The notes below the pieces were generated by a model that was given only the letters and a program-made list of their open reading frames with translations, had not been told where the DNA came from and did no database searches. The position numbers were made by a program, and so were the translations under genes. 64,000 nt of DNA, from positions 213,602-277,601 of IMG/VR virus record IMGVR_UViG_3300017792_000001. One strand, 5' to 3'. Shown here in pieces: positions 19,230-28,635 of the stretch (positions within the stretch are counted from its first letter, which is position 1; each line of letters opens with the position of its first letter). This DNA is from a virus. Its lineage: Duplodnaviria > Heunggongvirae > Uroviricota > Caudoviricetes.

Positions 19230-20363
19230 GTGGATAGTTTGTGCTCAGCAATTCGTCACGTACTCAAAATGGATCTGGAGTCTGATCGTGCCAAGCAAGT
19301 CGCACAGGCAACAGTTCTGTACCTCTGCGGTGTCACTGACGCCTACGAGTACCAGCACTACATGAAGGCGAATGTCCGGTTTCGTGATCTGGACATTAGT
19401 GCGAAGGACTTCCGATTGATGCTGATCGAAAAGTCCTACTTTACGTTGAACGTCAAGTTCTGCGCCCTCAACCTCTGTAAAGTAGCAGTGTCACAGGACA
19501 GTTTGCAGCACTACGCCAATGCGTTTGAGATTGTGCGTAATGATGCGGTGATGCTGCGCCGTGTGTTCGAAGATCGGAAGTTCCGTCGCAACATGCGGGC
19601 GAGCGACCGACTGCAAGACATTCGACTCAAGGACATTGAAGAAGGTAGCGTCGAGAAGACGCAAGCGGACTTCAACGATATGTACCATGAGTTGATGAAA
19701 CACATCCGCCAGAAAACATTCAAGAAACTGCGATTCTTGGTGAAAGCGGAGAACAGTGAGTTCTCGGACTTTAACGGCGAACTCCTGTACAAAGCAATTA
19801 AGGCCTACTATATGATCGTCCCTACACAGAAGACGACAGCGCATGTGCTCAACTATCTCCGCAGTACCTGCACCAACCATGCGCTGAACATCATTGGCAT
19901 GAAGACCTCGGACAAGCGTCGCCGATTGAGCAACGTCGGTGGTGATGGATTTGGAGGCAACAACTTTAGCCTCACCTGTGTTTCTGAAAACCAGTTGGTG
20001 AAAGTCGATGGAGAGGACGGCCTGAGTTATGAAGGCTCGTTGAATGACCAGAACCACTCGGACAATAGCAACATGATTTCGGAGCTCAACTTCGAGCGCG
20101 TCGTGCAGCAGTACGGGAGGTCCAATCTTCGCCGTCGTGCGATCCAGATAGTTGCTGGTCAGGAAGATTCACGCTTTACTCGCTACCTGCGCGTGCGTGA
20201 GTTCATTCGTCCTGAAGAAGATTGCACCGATTTTGTCACCCGCACCAAACACGAAAATGTTGTCGTGTACCTCGCTGATCACCTCGGCGTACCCACGAAG
20301 CGCCTCGAAAAGTTCCTGAAAAAGGTGGGAACTGAATTGATCAAACACAGGAGCGTTGCATGA
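19230..20363 (+). CDS. Second, divergent sigma-factor-like protein
   Basis: FSDFNGELLYKAIKAYY...VLNYLRSTCTNHALNII resembles region 2; VSENQLVKVDGEDGLSY resembles region 3.2. Confidence 0.5.
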   Translation: MDSLCSAIRHVLKMDLESDRAKQVAQATVLYLCGVTDAYEYQHYMKANVRFRDLDISAKDFRLMLIEKSYFTLNVKFCALNLCKVAVSQDSLQHYANAFEIVRNDAVMLRRVFEDRKFRRNMRASDRLQDIRLKDIEEGSVEKTQADFNDMYHELMKHIRQKTFKKLRFLVKAENSEFSDFNGELLYKAIKAYYMIVPTQKTTAHVLNYLRSTCTNHALNIIGMKTSDKRRRLSNVGGDGFGGNNFSLTCVSENQLVKVDGEDGLSYEGSLNDQNHSDNSNMISELNFERVVQQYGRSNLRRRAIQIVAGQEDSRFTRYLRVREFIRPEEDCTDFVTRTKHENVVVYLADHLGVPTKRLEKFLKKVGTELIKHRSVA

Positions 20364-20722
20364 ACACTATCGACGCTTGCGTTCTCGAAAAAGCGGCATT
20401 TGCCTGTTTCGGGAATAAGTTGGAAGACAGCTTCAAACGATTGCTGTTTCTCAACATCGACAAGTATGTGAGTGAAAACCCGAACTGCACGGCTAACCAG
20501 TGCTACTTCAAAGTCCTTGAACTGATGGCAGTTGAACGCCCGGACTTTGACGCTGCCGTTCGCGCAATGAAAACCCCGTTTCAGCGGCTGTCGATCAACT
20601 CGTATGTCCGTAACAAGAAACAGTACATTCACCTGGTCCCATCTGAAAGTGAAAACTGGAAAGTATGGGTGAAAACCGTAACCGAGAACTACCCGGAGTT
20701 GACTATCTGGGTTAATGGGTAA
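20360..20722 (+). CDS. Hypothetical protein
   Basis: AGGAG RBS, ATGA overlap. Confidence 0.75.
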   Translation: MNTIDACVLEKAAFACFGNKLEDSFKRLLFLNIDKYVSENPNCTANQCYFKVLELMAVERPDFDAAVRAMKTPFQRLSINSYVRNKKQYIHLVPSESENWKVWVKTVTENYPELTIWVNG

Positions 20723-20727
20723 GACCA

Positions 20728-22191
20728 ATGCCAGCGCTGCTATTTGATCAAGACTCGGAAATTCGGTGTATCAAGACGCTCACCGACGAGTCGATACCTT
20801 CAGGTTTGCGCAGCACACTTCTCGGCAAGCTAAGTAAGGAGCATTTCTATAATGCTCCTACTCTGGCAGCATTCAACCGGATCGACACCCTAGCCAAAAA
20901 GCGCTTTGAGATTGTAGACCTCAACTCGCTGGTCGCCGATCCGGTGATCGACGAAGATTTGCGCGATATCCTAAAATCGCAAGTACGAAAAAAGAAGTCA
21001 TGCAGTAACAAGAAACAAGTTTCGAACATGCTGGATGTTCTCGAACGCTACCGCAAGATCCGCGCAGTCTATGGCATTGCCCAGGACAGCTTCAAGGAGC
21101 TTGAGAAGTCCGAGATTGACATCGACACCCTGTTGAACAAGGTGACTGAGGCCGTAGCGCGTGCGAATGCCTCTCTCGCCGAAGACCAGTTCTTCCTGAA
21201 CTTTGGTGTGAACGACACCTCTGCTCAGATCGTTGACCAAGTGATCAATCGCAAGGTCAGCCCGCGTATCAAGACTGGTTGGGTTGAATACGACAAGCGA
21301 AACGGTGGACTGCCAGAGCATGGCGTGTTCATTATCTCCGCGACAACTTCTGGCGGTAAGTCTGTTCTCGCCATGAACCTTGCAGTGCGTCTGTACCGCA
21401 AGAACAAGAAGTCCGTGTGTCGTATCTCGCTTGAGATGGATGAAGAACAAGAGACTCGCCGGATGGCGTCTCACTTGACCAAGATTCCGTTCAACAAGTT
21501 CAAGGATAACAAACTCAGTATGGCTGACAAGGCCAACGTGAAGAAAGCCTTCGAGGACTTCTCTGCGTTCGGTCTGAAACACGGCATCGCCTACACTACG
21601 ATTTCCCCGACTCGCGCTGTGTCTATTCACGACGTGTTCCGGATGATCAAGGCGTTTGCATACCAGATCATCATGATCGACTACATCGGTCTGCTTGCTG
21701 GTATGGACTCCGAGAGCCAGTGGTTCCAACTGAGCGAAGTAGCTGCCCACTCCAAGCGCTTCTCGCGTGAAGGTAGTAAGGCACTGGTCATCATTCTTGC
21801 CCAGCTCGATGATACGACCGACAAGCTGCGTTACTCCAAGGGTATCAAAGAACACGCCGACACCATGTGGCAATGGAACTACACGAAGCCTGAACAACGT
21901 GACGTCCGCATTCTGCCGATCCGCGTTGAGAAAGATCGTGATGGTGAAGTGTTCAACTTCGACCTGGCTGAGCGGTATGACATCATGACCGCAGAGAACA
22001 TGCCAGATAGCGCTGTCGATTATTCAGAGGAAGACGAAGATGCGCCGGCCAAAAAGTCCAAAAAGGACAAAGGCGGCAAGTCAGGAAAAGGAAGTAAAGG
22101 CGAGAAAGACGGTAGCAAGAAGAAAAAGAAAGTCCGAGCAACCACTAACGATGACGATGACGACTCCCCAGCAGAGTATGCCCTCGCTTAG
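20728..22191 (+). CDS. dnaB: DnaB-like replicative helicase
   Basis: IKTGW, Walker A ATTSGGKS, ISLEM, IMIDYIGLL, LAQL, KDRDG. Confidence 0.92.
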   Translation: MPALLFDQDSEIRCIKTLTDESIPSGLRSTLLGKLSKEHFYNAPTLAAFNRIDTLAKKRFEIVDLNSLVADPVIDEDLRDILKSQVRKKKSCSNKKQVSNMLDVLERYRKIRAVYGIAQDSFKELEKSEIDIDTLLNKVTEAVARANASLAEDQFFLNFGVNDTSAQIVDQVINRKVSPRIKTGWVEYDKRNGGLPEHGVFIISATTSGGKSVLAMNLAVRLYRKNKKSVCRISLEMDEEQETRRMASHLTKIPFNKFKDNKLSMADKANVKKAFEDFSAFGLKHGIAYTTISPTRAVSIHDVFRMIKAFAYQIIMIDYIGLLAGMDSESQWFQLSEVAAHSKRFSREGSKALVIILAQLDDTTDKLRYSKGIKEHADTMWQWNYTKPEQRDVRILPIRVEKDRDGEVFNFDLAERYDIMTAENMPDSAVDYSEEDEDAPAKKSKKDKGGKSGKGSKGEKDGSKKKKKVRATTNDDDDDSPAEYALA

Positions 22192-22192
22192 T

Positions 22193-22978
22193 ATGTCACT
22201 GTTCGGAATCACCGAGCCCACGGAGGAGGATAATACCCCCACCGTGGCATTCCAGGGAGTGCGCAGGGTCGTTGACCTTCGCATTCCCACTTCTGTTTCC
22301 CGCGCCAAGAAACCCAAGCCGAAAGTAGTGCCCACCCTCGGGCATTCGATCAGCTTTTCTGACAAAGCCCCAGTTCAGGAAGTAGACGAAGATGATGACG
22401 GCGTTGGCGAGGTCTACGACGACCGCGTTGAAATCGACATTCCCGACGATTACTATGACAAGCTCACACGTCAAAAAGCCACCCCAGAAACACCCCAGTA
22501 TGACGTGGTTGGAGACAATGAATTCGAGGTTCCAGACGAACTTATCCGTGAGATTCAAGTAGACACTGACACACGCGAGAAGCTCCTGCGTGACGTATTA
22601 TTCGAGCAAGCCAGCCTCCTGTACGCATACGACGATGCTTCTAATTTTGTAGAAGCAGTTATGTGTGACGGACTGGAAATGGAAGTCGAAATGGACAGAG
22701 AGATTCTGCCAGAGGCTTTCGTTCCCCTTTCTCGATTGAGTGTTCTATCCGCCTTCATTGATCAGTGCAGTTTAAGCGACCAAGTTAAGAAAGCCCTCAT
22801 GGGCAGACTGACTGTTCGCACTGCGGATGAAATGGTGTTGGCGATGCACAAGTCGAAAGCTCCGGGCGCACTAGCCGCATTGCACAAGCAATATGCAGCT
22901 ACGGTGACTCGGTCCGGTGTACAACCTGATGCAGAGGCACCCCAGAATACCGTCGGTGTTCGCGCATCCAGGAAGTAA
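22193..22978 (+). CDS. Hypothetical acidic protein (position compatible with small terminase)
   Basis: Immediately upstream of TerL; no diagnostic motif. Confidence 0.65.
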   Translation: MSLFGITEPTEEDNTPTVAFQGVRRVVDLRIPTSVSRAKKPKPKVVPTLGHSISFSDKAPVQEVDEDDDGVGEVYDDRVEIDIPDDYYDKLTRQKATPETPQYDVVGDNEFEVPDELIREIQVDTDTREKLLRDVLFEQASLLYAYDDASNFVEAVMCDGLEMEVEMDREILPEAFVPLSRLSVLSAFIDQCSLSDQVKKALMGRLTVRTADEMVLAMHKSKAPGALAALHKQYAATVTRSGVQPDAEAPQNTVGVRASRK

Positions 22979-22981
22979 GCC

Positions 22982-25156
22982 ATGAAAATCAAGAAAGGTA
23001 AGGGTCTTCGGGCAAAGGGCGATAACATTTATGACCTTGCGCTCGACGACCCATTTGCGTTTCTGAAGGGTCTGCGCGGCGGTGAGATTGTCACTGCTGA
23101 TGGCTTCGACCCTGACGCGATGAACAAAGCCGCTCACCTCATTGGGCACGGCAACTTTGATGAACAGGAGATTGACATTGCCCGGACGATCCGGGAAGTA
23201 GTTGACTCCAAGATCCTCGTACCGCGCGATATGAAGATTGACGACTCGGGTATTCCGGTTGCCAAGAACATTGTCGAGTGGTGCACCAAGGACAAGTTCT
23301 CCATGATCAATGGTGAACGTCCGTATATCGAACAAATCATCTGGGGCATTATCTCGTTCAACGAATGGTGCCCGCGCTGTACAGATGTCGAGTACCTGTT
23401 TGACACGCACAAGGTTGATGACACCTACCGCAAGCTAGAGCGCAAAGTCGCCATGCTCGAAAACGGTGTCTGCCCGCATTGCAAATGGGGTCGGTCTAAA
23501 CTGATCGCCAAGGGCAAGATGAAACTGATCCAGGAGCTGGCAGTCTGTGCTGGTCAGCGTTCTGGTAAGTCGATGTCCATTGCGGGTTACTTCGCGCCAT
23601 ATCTCACGCACCGTCTGCTCAAGCTCCAGAACCCCAACGCGGTTTACGGACTCAAGACCGGTACGATGCTGCACTGTACGTTCGTTGCGCTGACCTATGC
23701 TCAAGCCAAGGACACACTGTGGCAAAACTTCTACGCCACCCTAACGGAGTCTGCGTGGTTCAAAGAGTATCATTCGATGCTCAACCACTACAGCGACAAG
23801 TACGGCGAGAAGCTCCTCAAATTCAACGACACCTATGTTGCTTATCCTTGCCGTGGCCTCATGGCTTACCCAGCGGGTCCAGACAAGCGGGTTCTCCGTG
23901 GCCGTACTCGTTACTTCACGGCAGTGGATGAGGTCGGTTACTTCGACAGTAACCGTGATACCAAAAAGGTGAAGGACAACGCCCACGAAGTATGTGGTGC
24001 ACTTGACCGTTCGCTGCTGACTGTTCGTGGTGCTGCTGAATCGCTCCTGCGTGATGGTCATGATGACGTGTACCCAGGCTATGCCATGAACGTGTCGTCA
24101 CCTTCTCACCGTAACGATATGATCATGACGCTGCTTCGTCGTGCTGAGAACTCGGACACAATGTACGGCGCACACCGCCCTACTTGGGAAGTAAACCCGA
24201 CTCTGCCACGCAATGGTGCCACGATCAAAGAAGCATTCCGTACGGATCCGCTGAACGCTGAGCGAGATTACGGTGCTGTTCCACCGCTGGCCTCCAACCC
24301 GTTCCTCCAGAATCTTTCTGAGATTGAGAACTGCCAAGGGCCGAAGTCGAACCCACTCACGCTGCGTCGCCGTGTGATCAACTCGAAGAAACGTGGCGAG
24401 TCGTTCACCTGGGCTGAGGTCAAGAAGTGCAAGAAGGGTAAGTACCCGACCATGCTCGCACTCGACGCCGGTTACACCAACAACTCCTTCTCTGGGGCAA
24501 TTGGTCGGTACGATGACAAGCTCGGTGGTGTGCGAGTCGAATGCCTGTTTGAGGTTATCCCTGAACTCGGCGCTCCGCTCAATCACTCCAAGATTTTCGA
24601 TGAACTGATCCTCCCTGTCATGGAAGCACGCAACGTCCGCATCCTGCTTGCTGACCGGTGGAACAGTATCAAGCTGCTGCAAGATGCCAAGCTCCTGCGT
24701 CCAGAATTGGAAGTAGCGGCACAGCACAGCCTGAAGTACAAGGACATCTTCAACATCAAGACGCTGATCCAACAAGGCACTCTGATCGTTCCCGCGATTG
24801 AGCGTGACTCGTTCAAGTCCTGTGTCGAGTTTGATGACGAACATTACCCGATGTGCTTCAACAACCAGCCTGCCTCTCACCTGTTGATGCAGATGGCAAC
24901 TGTGAAAGATACAGGGAAGATGATTGATAAAGCGGACGGTTATACCGACGACTTGTTCCGGGCAACCGCTTTGCTCAACTGGGGTCTACATGAGGAGGAG
25001 TACCAAGAACTTCTCTCGATGGCTCCAATGGATATGACAGCAACCCGGCCCATTGCTATCGGTGCTTCGCGTCTCTACTCAGGTGGCGGCGGTGGTATTG
25101 GCGGTGGCAGTCAATCAGTCCCAGTAATCGGCGCCATGCTCGGCGGCCGCAGGTAA
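22982..25156 (+). CDS. terL: Terminase large subunit
   Basis: Walker A GQRSGKS, Walker B RGRTRYFTAVDE, VSSP, nuclease LALDAG, C-terminal DDL. Confidence 0.92.
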   Translation: MKIKKGKGLRAKGDNIYDLALDDPFAFLKGLRGGEIVTADGFDPDAMNKAAHLIGHGNFDEQEIDIARTIREVVDSKILVPRDMKIDDSGIPVAKNIVEWCTKDKFSMINGERPYIEQIIWGIISFNEWCPRCTDVEYLFDTHKVDDTYRKLERKVAMLENGVCPHCKWGRSKLIAKGKMKLIQELAVCAGQRSGKSMSIAGYFAPYLTHRLLKLQNPNAVYGLKTGTMLHCTFVALTYAQAKDTLWQNFYATLTESAWFKEYHSMLNHYSDKYGEKLLKFNDTYVAYPCRGLMAYPAGPDKRVLRGRTRYFTAVDEVGYFDSNRDTKKVKDNAHEVCGALDRSLLTVRGAAESLLRDGHDDVYPGYAMNVSSPSHRNDMIMTLLRRAENSDTMYGAHRPTWEVNPTLPRNGATIKEAFRTDPLNAERDYGAVPPLASNPFLQNLSEIENCQGPKSNPLTLRRRVINSKKRGESFTWAEVKKCKKGKYPTMLALDAGYTNNSFSGAIGRYDDKLGGVRVECLFEVIPELGAPLNHSKIFDELILPVMEARNVRILLADRWNSIKLLQDAKLLRPELEVAAQHSLKYKDIFNIKTLIQQGTLIVPAIERDSFKSCVEFDDEHYPMCFNNQPASHLLMQMATVKDTGKMIDKADGYTDDLFRATALLNWGLHEEEYQELLSMAPMDMTATRPIAIGASRLYSGGGGGIGGGSQSVPVIGAMLGGRR

Positions 25157-25162
25157 GAGACC

Positions 25163-25708
25163 ATGATCGACATTTCCAAGTATAAGTGGTTTGTGTACGG
25201 CGGTCGCGACATCACCCTCGTCACAGACCATCCGGAGTTCGACCTGCAAATGGTCAAGGACTCCAAGTTCGGGTATCGCAAGATCGGCGCGAATCATTAC
25301 ATCGTCAGCCGGAAGATCCTCGACATCCGTTTCAAGGTTAAAGAGAAAGACGCCACGCGCATCATCACTAACTCTGTCGGTTGGAAAGGTACGATCCGTG
25401 GCACCAAGGTAGAAGCAGGCATTGGCGGTAAGCAGAAGCCTGTGAAAGCCCATCCGGGTGATTCAAACTTCCCGGACCCGAACGACAAGAACACCTACAT
25501 TCTGGACATCGACTCCTCCAATCTCAAACGAGCTTGGCTGGATAAGAAGGCCAAAGAACTCCATGTGATCTTTCACAGCGATGTTCACTGGCTATACGAA
25601 GATGTGTCACTTGCACAGGCGAAGCAGATGGAGAGCGCCCCTTCACAGGGGCAATACTTCCATTACCGCATCCGCAATGTGAAAAAACAACGCAAGATCA
25701 GCGGTTGA
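25163..25708 (+). CDS. KTSC-domain protein with extra N-terminal domain
   Basis: IDSSNL...LHVIFHS...YEDV...APSQGQYFHYRIRN. Confidence 0.8.
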   Translation: MIDISKYKWFVYGGRDITLVTDHPEFDLQMVKDSKFGYRKIGANHYIVSRKILDIRFKVKEKDATRIITNSVGWKGTIRGTKVEAGIGGKQKPVKAHPGDSNFPDPNDKNTYILDIDSSNLKRAWLDKKAKELHVIFHSDVHWLYEDVSLAQAKQMESAPSQGQYFHYRIRNVKKQRKISG

Positions 25709-25717
25709 GGTTCAAAG

Positions 25718-27604
25718 ATGCGAATTAAACGCCGCCCTACTTACACGCATATGGGGAATCCCTCGCCAGGTGGTACAGTCGCCGGCGAGCGTGACCTCGG
25801 CACCCACAACGCGCAGAAGCGTGAAGATCGTGGGCGCTCCGGGAAGATGGAAGCAACTGCCGGTGCAGCTACTGGCATGCGTAACACTAGCGTCAACAAC
25901 CTGCCGGTCGAGATTGACATTGATCCGTTGCTCAAGGGCATCGTCTTCTCTGAGGATCTTGAGCAGAAGAAACTGGTAATGCGGATCTACAAGGACATTT
26001 ACTACAACGACCCGATCGGTGGTTCGTGCGTAGACTTGACCTCGACGCTCCCGTTCTCCGACTTCAACATCGGCGGTGTGCAGAACAGCAAGGTATCGGA
26101 CACGTTCAACGAGGTGATCGAACGCCTGAACATCCGTACTCTCCTGCCTGAGTTGTCTATCGACCACCAAGTTACCGGTGCGTTCGTGGGCAACATGCTG
26201 TACAACCCGCAGAAGAATACCTTCGTTGACCTGATCTGCCATCAGTACGAGAACTGCAAGGTCGATCCACTGCCGTTCTACTCGCAGGACCCGATGATCA
26301 CCGTCGCGTTCCCCGAGTCGCACAAGACCATTCTGTCGTCCGATAGTCCGCGTATCAAGAAGCTGCGCGAGTACCTGGGCCCAGAAGTCGTCAAGCAAAT
26401 CAGTAACGATGCACTGGAGCTGGATCCGCTTTCGACGATCTACATCCCGCGCAAATCGTTCACGCACTCGACTGGTGTGTCGTACTACCGCCGCATCCTG
26501 CCGATCTGGTTGCTTGAGAAGAACCTGTTCCGCGGTACGCTCGTTGAGTCTGCGCGTCGTCAACGTGGTATCCTCCACCTGACTCTGGGTGACGGCGACC
26601 AGTGGGAACCAACACTCGCTGATATGAACATGGCGATGGAGTTGTTCCAGAATGCTGACGCTGACCCACTGGGTGCAGTGATCGCAACGCGCATGGGTAT
26701 CGCTTCTGAGGAGATCCGCCAAGGTGGTGACTTCTGGAAGGTAACCGATATCTGGGACCAGACCATGGCGATGAAGCTGCGCGCCCTTGGTATCAGTGAG
26801 TCGTTCCTCTCCGGTGAAGCGACGTACTCGAACCAAGACACAAGCCTGACCGTGTTCACCGAAGCGCTGCGTGCGTATCGTGACACCATCACCACGAAGC
26901 TGTTCTACAACAAGATTTTCCCGCTGGTATCTGCGCTGCACGGTTACACGGTCAACAATGCTGGCAAGCTGTCGATCAAAGGCAACATGCTCGACAAGTT
27001 TGACACCATGAGCAACCACGAGATTCTGCAAGATGGTTCGCGTCTGCTGATCCCGTCTGTTCACTGGGCCAAGCAACTCAAACCAGAAGGCGACCAAGCG
27101 TATCTCGATATGCTCCAGAACCTCACAGAAAAGGGCGTGCCTGTTCCTCTGCGAGCAATGGCTGCAGCCGGTGGATTCAACCTCGACAGTTTGCTCGCGG
27201 ACCAAGAGGACGACTTCGAACTCCTCAAACGTATCGGCAGATACCAGAAGAAGCTGGGCGAAGTGAAGAAGGAATTCTTCCCAGAAGCCGCAGACAGCGA
27301 CATCGAAGCTACTGCTCGCAGCCAAGCGCTGCAAGGCCTGATGTTCGACAACTTCATGGCAGGTGGTCGTTCTACGATTCTCAACCAAGGCAACGGTCGT
27401 ATTCCTGCTCTCGCCATGCGTGACTTCGGTGAAGCATCCGAGGTTGCAGGTGAGACGCACGATGGCAAGCGTCGTTGGTTGCCGAACCAGAAGCTGGCTA
27501 ACGAACGGGTTAACCGCAAGATTGCCAAGCAGTTGGCGGGTATTGTGAAAATGAACAATACACCACTGACTCGCATGACCATGTCGAAGCGCATGGACGT
27601 GTAA
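25718..27604 (+). CDS. Portal protein
   Basis: 628 aa after TerL; RIYKDIYYNDPIGGSCVDL, GVSYYRRI, RALGISESFLSGEATYS match portal patterns. Confidence 0.85.
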   Translation: MRIKRRPTYTHMGNPSPGGTVAGERDLGTHNAQKREDRGRSGKMEATAGAATGMRNTSVNNLPVEIDIDPLLKGIVFSEDLEQKKLVMRIYKDIYYNDPIGGSCVDLTSTLPFSDFNIGGVQNSKVSDTFNEVIERLNIRTLLPELSIDHQVTGAFVGNMLYNPQKNTFVDLICHQYENCKVDPLPFYSQDPMITVAFPESHKTILSSDSPRIKKLREYLGPEVVKQISNDALELDPLSTIYIPRKSFTHSTGVSYYRRILPIWLLEKNLFRGTLVESARRQRGILHLTLGDGDQWEPTLADMNMAMELFQNADADPLGAVIATRMGIASEEIRQGGDFWKVTDIWDQTMAMKLRALGISESFLSGEATYSNQDTSLTVFTEALRAYRDTITTKLFYNKIFPLVSALHGYTVNNAGKLSIKGNMLDKFDTMSNHEILQDGSRLLIPSVHWAKQLKPEGDQAYLDMLQNLTEKGVPVPLRAMAAAGGFNLDSLLADQEDDFELLKRIGRYQKKLGEVKKEFFPEAADSDIEATARSQALQGLMFDNFMAGGRSTILNQGNGRIPALAMRDFGEASEVAGETHDGKRRWLPNQKLANERVNRKIAKQLAGIVKMNNTPLTRMTMSKRMDV

Positions 27605-27608
27605 ACGG

Positions 27609-27615
27609 TAATTTA
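27609..27615 (+). promoter_or_regulatory. Putative late promoter TAATTTA
   Basis: Recurring motif; here followed by no ORF before a terminator. Confidence 0.55.
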
Positions 27616-27620
27616 TCGGC

Positions 27621-27766
27621 ATCAGACACACGCAGATTAACTAAGGGCTGGTGGATTGCTGCGAGCTTCCACCAATACCTGGCGGTTACTCCTTTCTCCG
27701 TTCTGCGTGTGTTTGATAACTCCTCATCTTCAAGGGCTAGCGCGACGGCGTTTAGCCCTATTTTTT
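27621..27766 (+). ncRNA. Candidate structured phage ncRNA
   Basis: 16-bp closing stem 27621-27636/27702-27717, inner TGGTGGA/TCCACCA stem, own promoter motif and terminator. Confidence 0.65.
27733..27766 (+). terminator. Rho-independent terminator
   Basis: AGGGCTA ... TAGCCCT-ATTTTTT. Confidence 0.8.
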
Positions 27767-27809
27767 GGTCTCCAGAACTGTAAATTCTGAGAAAGACAGG
27801 AGTACGTCT

Positions 27810-28118
27810 ATGCTCAACGAACGTCCCCACATGCGCGTCAACCTCACCAATGAAGAACTGGCAGAAGTGCGTGTGCTGATCGACTCAAAGCGATACCAGA
27901 ATGGAGACACCAGCCACCTCGCTGCCAAGTTGAAAGAACTGGCGAAGAAGAACGGTGGCAACTTCGATTACCGCATGGCGTTGCTCGGTGTCATCACCGA
28001 CTTGAATGTGATCGACACGCAGGTTAAGCACGTCAAGTTTGATCTGACGGTTAATCTCACCGATCTACCGACTTCTACCAAAGTAAAGGAGCACTTCTTT
28101 GGCGACCGTAAAGTTTAA
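27810..28118 (+). CDS. Hypothetical protein
   Basis: AGGAG RBS before ATG 27810; ACTGTAAA upstream. Confidence 0.75.
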   Translation: MLNERPHMRVNLTNEELAEVRVLIDSKRYQNGDTSHLAAKLKELAKKNGGNFDYRMALLGVITDLNVIDTQVKHVKFDLTVNLTDLPTSTKVKEHFFGDRKV

Positions 28119-28635
28119 CTCCAAAATTCCCGAGTACGCATTCCTGTCTGCGTTCTATCCCGGTCCGTTCATCGCGCCGTTGGGAAAGAAGATGGTGCTG
28201 TTCCCGCATCGTGAAGCCTACTATCAGGCGCACAAGACGAAGGACCAAGAGCAGGTGGCGAAGATCGTCAACTCGCTTGAAGGCAGTCGTGCGAAGTATT
28301 TCGGTAGTGCCAAGGGCGGTGCTCGCATCATCGACGGGTTCGACAAGAAACGCAAGGACATCATGCGTGAAGCGATCCGCTACCAGATGACCCAGAACCC
28401 GTTGATCCGTGCCTTGCTGCATTCGACTGGCTCGGCGAAGATCAAAGAAGAGGCGTACTGGGACGACTACTTCGGCACCGGGCGCGACGGTAAAGGCAAG
28501 AACGTTCACGGCAAGCTGCTGGTTGAGTACCGCGACGAAGGTATCCCAGAAGACGAACAGGAGAAGTACAAGCCGAAGGCCAAGTACAAAACACTCCACT
28601 TCTATCCAATAATCAAGGCAGAGCGCAATGACTAA
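28099..28635 (+). CDS. NADAR (YbiA-like) family protein
   Basis: FLSAFYP, EAYYQAHK, QNPLIRALLHSTG, EEAYWDDYFGTG, GKNVHGKLL. Confidence 0.88.
   Translation: MATVKFNSKIPEYAFLSAFYPGPFIAPLGKKMVLFPHREAYYQAHKTKDQEQVAKIVNSLEGSRAKYFGSAKGGARIIDGFDKKRKDIMREAIRYQMTQNPLIRALLHSTGSAKIKEEAYWDDYFGTGRDGKGKNVHGKLLVEYRDEGIPEDEQEKYKPKAKYKTLHFYPIIKAERND

Noticed and set aside
20728-25156. Inteins or introns in dnaB, terL or recA
   Set aside because: ORFs are continuous, and no intein C/S...HN-C/S/T boundaries or LAGLIDADG motifs were seen.
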